Below are positions 61,476 through 64,000 of a DNA stretch of 64,000 nucleotides, piece by piece. The DNA is from Squalus acanthias. Its lineage: Eukaryota. The stretch spans positions 66,652,001 through 66,716,000 of the forward strand of contig CM059438.1 of assembly GCA_030390025.1 (NCBI GenBank), read 5' to 3'. The notes under the pieces were generated by a model that was not told where the DNA came from, did not search any database, and saw only the letters and a list, made by a program, of their open reading frames with translations. Positions within the stretch are counted from its first letter, which is position 1; each line of letters opens with the position of its first letter. A program made the translations under genes and the position numbers.

Positions 61476-61789
61476 CATTTTAAGCAAACCACTGCTCACG
61501 CTATAAGCAATGCATCCAAAGAAGACGGGGTTGGCATTTTTTCCGACTCCAATAAAAATGCAAGGTTTCACATCATTACGGCGCTGACAAGGAATGGCCA
61601 GCTGTCGCACCCTCGTCCCACTGGTTCCTAAAGCTGACCAGTGCACACACACCTGCCTCACTTCTCCCAAAGGCTGATCAGTGTGCTCCACTCCCTCTCT
61701 CTTCGTGCTCCCAATCGTCTGATCCATTCCCACAGAAATCCTTGCAGGTAAATGGGAATGTGAATAGTGGAATGGAAAAAAGACAGCAG

Positions 61790-62098
61790 GACTTGCATTT
61801 TTCACCACCTCATGACATCCCAAAGCACTTTACAGCCAATGAAGTACTTGTGATGTGTTGTGATTGTTGTAATGTAGGAAACGCAGCAACCCACGGACAT
61901 CAATGAGATAATCTGTTTTAGTGATGTTGGTTCGAGGGATAAATGGTGGCCTGGACACTGGGAGAACCCCCTGCTCTTCTTCAAATAGTGCCGTGGGATT
62001 TTTAATATCCACCTGAGAGGGCAGACGGGGCCTCGCTTTAACATCTCATCTGAAAGATGACACTCCCTGAGTACTGCACTGGAGTGTCAGCTTAAGTC
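61790..62098 (-). mobile_element. Deu-SINE core and tail
   Basis: Reverse complement of the SINE body (CCCCTGCTCTTCTTCAAATAGTGCC...TAACATCTCATCTGAAAGA). Confidence 0.82.
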
Positions 62099-62340
62099 CA
62101 CCTGAGAGGGGCAGACGGGCTTTACTTACACTGGTAATGCACTGTATTAGCTAGTGAGATGTTCCTGTCGGTGCCATGGGGAAATTCAATCACCCCGTCT
62201 CTCACTCTCCCTGTGAATAAATCGCTCCATCCTGGAGTTGCTACCTTCTGCCAAGATCAAGACTGAATAGGGCCGGAGTTAGCATCATGGTTTGAGTCCT
62301 GTGTTATTTGCTGTTGATGAAACTCCACAGAAAACTTTTA

Positions 62341-62625
62341 GGGGGCAAAATTGGGTCGCGCCCGAAATTCACTGGTAGCGCCCCAAGAGGGAGGCGGGGC
62401 GCTACTGGAAGCGCTCCGCCTCCCTCTTGGGGCGCTGCAAGTGAATATCGCGATGCTAGGTGCAGCGGTACTGCAGGCCTTCCTCCCCTTATTAAAGGGG
62501 AGGGGCCTAGCGCAGCATGACCCGGGGCCCAGCTGGGCCACCAGGGATCAGACTGCCAGCAAAAGAGCCCGGCACTCAAGAGAAGTGCGCTAATGGGAGG
62601 CGCAAATCAACCAAAATTTTCCCCC
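62341..62625. mobile_element. Short Harbinger-type MITE, family C deletion derivative
   Basis: TIR GGGGGCAAAATT / AATTTTCCCCC with canonical TTA TSD (62338-62340, 62626-62628). The interior is the reverse complement of part of 33831-34510. Confidence 0.88.
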
Positions 62626-62638
62626 TTAATACATTTTA

Positions 62639-62893
62639 ATGCATGGGAACACCATCACCTCCAAGTTCCCCTCCAAGTCACACACCATCTTGACTTGGAC
62701 ATTTATCGCCAATCTTTCATCGTCACTGGGTCAAAATCCTGGAACTCCCTCCCGAACAACATTGTGGGAGTACCTTCACCACACGGACTGCAACGGTTCA
62801 AGAAGGAGGGTCACCACCACATTCTCATGGACATCTCGGGATGGGCAATAAATGCTGTCTTGCTAGCGACGCCTATATCCCAAGAATGAATTT
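62639..62893 (+). mobile_element. 3' end of CR1/L2-group LINE (family of 15476-16643)
   Basis: GCATGGGAACACCATCACCTCCAAGTTCCCCTCCAAG...GGGCAATAAATGCTG...ATCCCAAGAATGAAT matches 16388-16637. Confidence 0.85.
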
Positions 62894-63486
62894 TTAGGAA
62901 CACATTCCGAGAACAAACTAAAAGAAAAGACTGTCATCAGGAAAAAGCCCTAGTTGTTAGAGTATGATCAATTATCACAATGTTACCAAATATACTGCAT
63001 ATCGAAAAAGGGAAAATGTAATTGTTATTTTCTGTGGGTTTAAGGTTCCAGAATTTCTTTTCTCAAATGTGTTGCTCTTAAAATGAATATATTCCGTAGT
63101 CTGTCTCATAGTTCTATTTGCCGCTTTGAATCAAGAGATGGTTTGACAGTTTTGACAAGGTAATTGAAAGTAAATTATTTTGTGCCCTGAAAATCAAGCC
63201 TCCGAGTCACAGCGTGCGAAATGAAAATTTCTCTTGGAATTTTTATTAAAGCTGATTATTCCCGTGCAGCAATTGTGGTATGCAAAGTTCAAGTGTTAGT
63301 CAAGAAGGGGAAAAAAAAAATCAAACTCTTGTGTTTTGTGGGGGTCGTTAAGAATCCCAATCATTCTGGTTGAGCTGTGGTCCTCCCAGTTGGGAGCTGG
63401 GCTGTGCTTTCGTGAGCATTTCGGCCCCTCATGAAAGCACAGCCCAGCGAGCAGCTGGAAGGTCCACAGCCCGGCCAGGATGATTG

Positions 63487-63655
63487 GGCTTCTTAACGTC
63501 CCAACTGAAAGACGGCACCCTGCACAATGCAGCACTCCCTCAGTGCTGCACTGAAGGGTCAGCTCCGATTACAGGCTCAGGTCAAGGATCGGGGCTGGAG
63601 CCCACCGCTTCCTGACTGCCGGGCGAGAGTGCTGGCAACTGAACAAAGCTGGCAC
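63487..63655 (-). mobile_element. Degenerate Deu-SINE 5' portion
   Basis: GAAAGACGGCACC...GCAGCACTCCCTCAGTGCTGCACTG...GAGAGTGCTGGCAACTGA is the reverse complement of the SINE head and core. Confidence 0.7.
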
Positions 63656-64000
63656 GCGCAAAGGTAAGACGGGATAAGCAAATCGGAGTGGAAAAATACT
63701 TTTTTTTTAATTATTATTAATGAAACAGTTACTTTGCACTAATTTTGCCACCTTTTCAGTTGGCTGAGTTCCTCCTATTCTAAAGTGATTCATTCTATTC
63801 AGCATTACACCCATTGTTCCCTTTGGTTAGTCTGAGGACGATGAATGTGATGACATGTGAGACTTCTCTTTATTTTCTAGAATTTGCTTTGGGAAATGAC
63901 ACTGGCCGTGAGATAAATTTTCTGCTTTGTAACTTATCAGTAATTTCAGTTCAGTTAGGTGACAGTCAGTCGGTTGAAGTAGGCAGCTTTTACTGCGGAA

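Overview
This is a eukaryotic, repeat-dense window with no recognisable host protein-coding exon, rRNA, tRNA or CRISPR array. The repeat inventory points to an intron or gene desert of a cartilaginous fish (shark-like); that is an inference. The inventory is CR1 LINEs with microsatellite tails, RTE LINEs, a CR1/L2-group LINE, Penelope GIY-YIG fragments and tRNA-headed Deu-domain SINEs of the SacSINE1/AmnSINE1 type. Nearly all long ORFs in the track are decayed retroelement frames or their antisense shadows. The most notable content is about 14 non-autonomous PIF/Harbinger-type DNA elements of several families, with GGG..AATT/GATTT termini and 3-bp target duplications where legible. One family (two copies) keeps a Myb/SANT DNA-binding exon plus a possible transposase C-terminal stub in convergent orientation. 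Several families share repeated motifs (TAGCGCC arrays, inverted TGACAG/CTGTCA pairs, TGACGTCA). Also seen: two three-level nested insertions, a TA-TSD MITE inserted into a relative, degenerate Penelope hammerhead cores, an LF-SINE-like head, and unique AT-rich blocks resembling conserved non-coding enhancers. All family names come from recalled motifs, not database searches.
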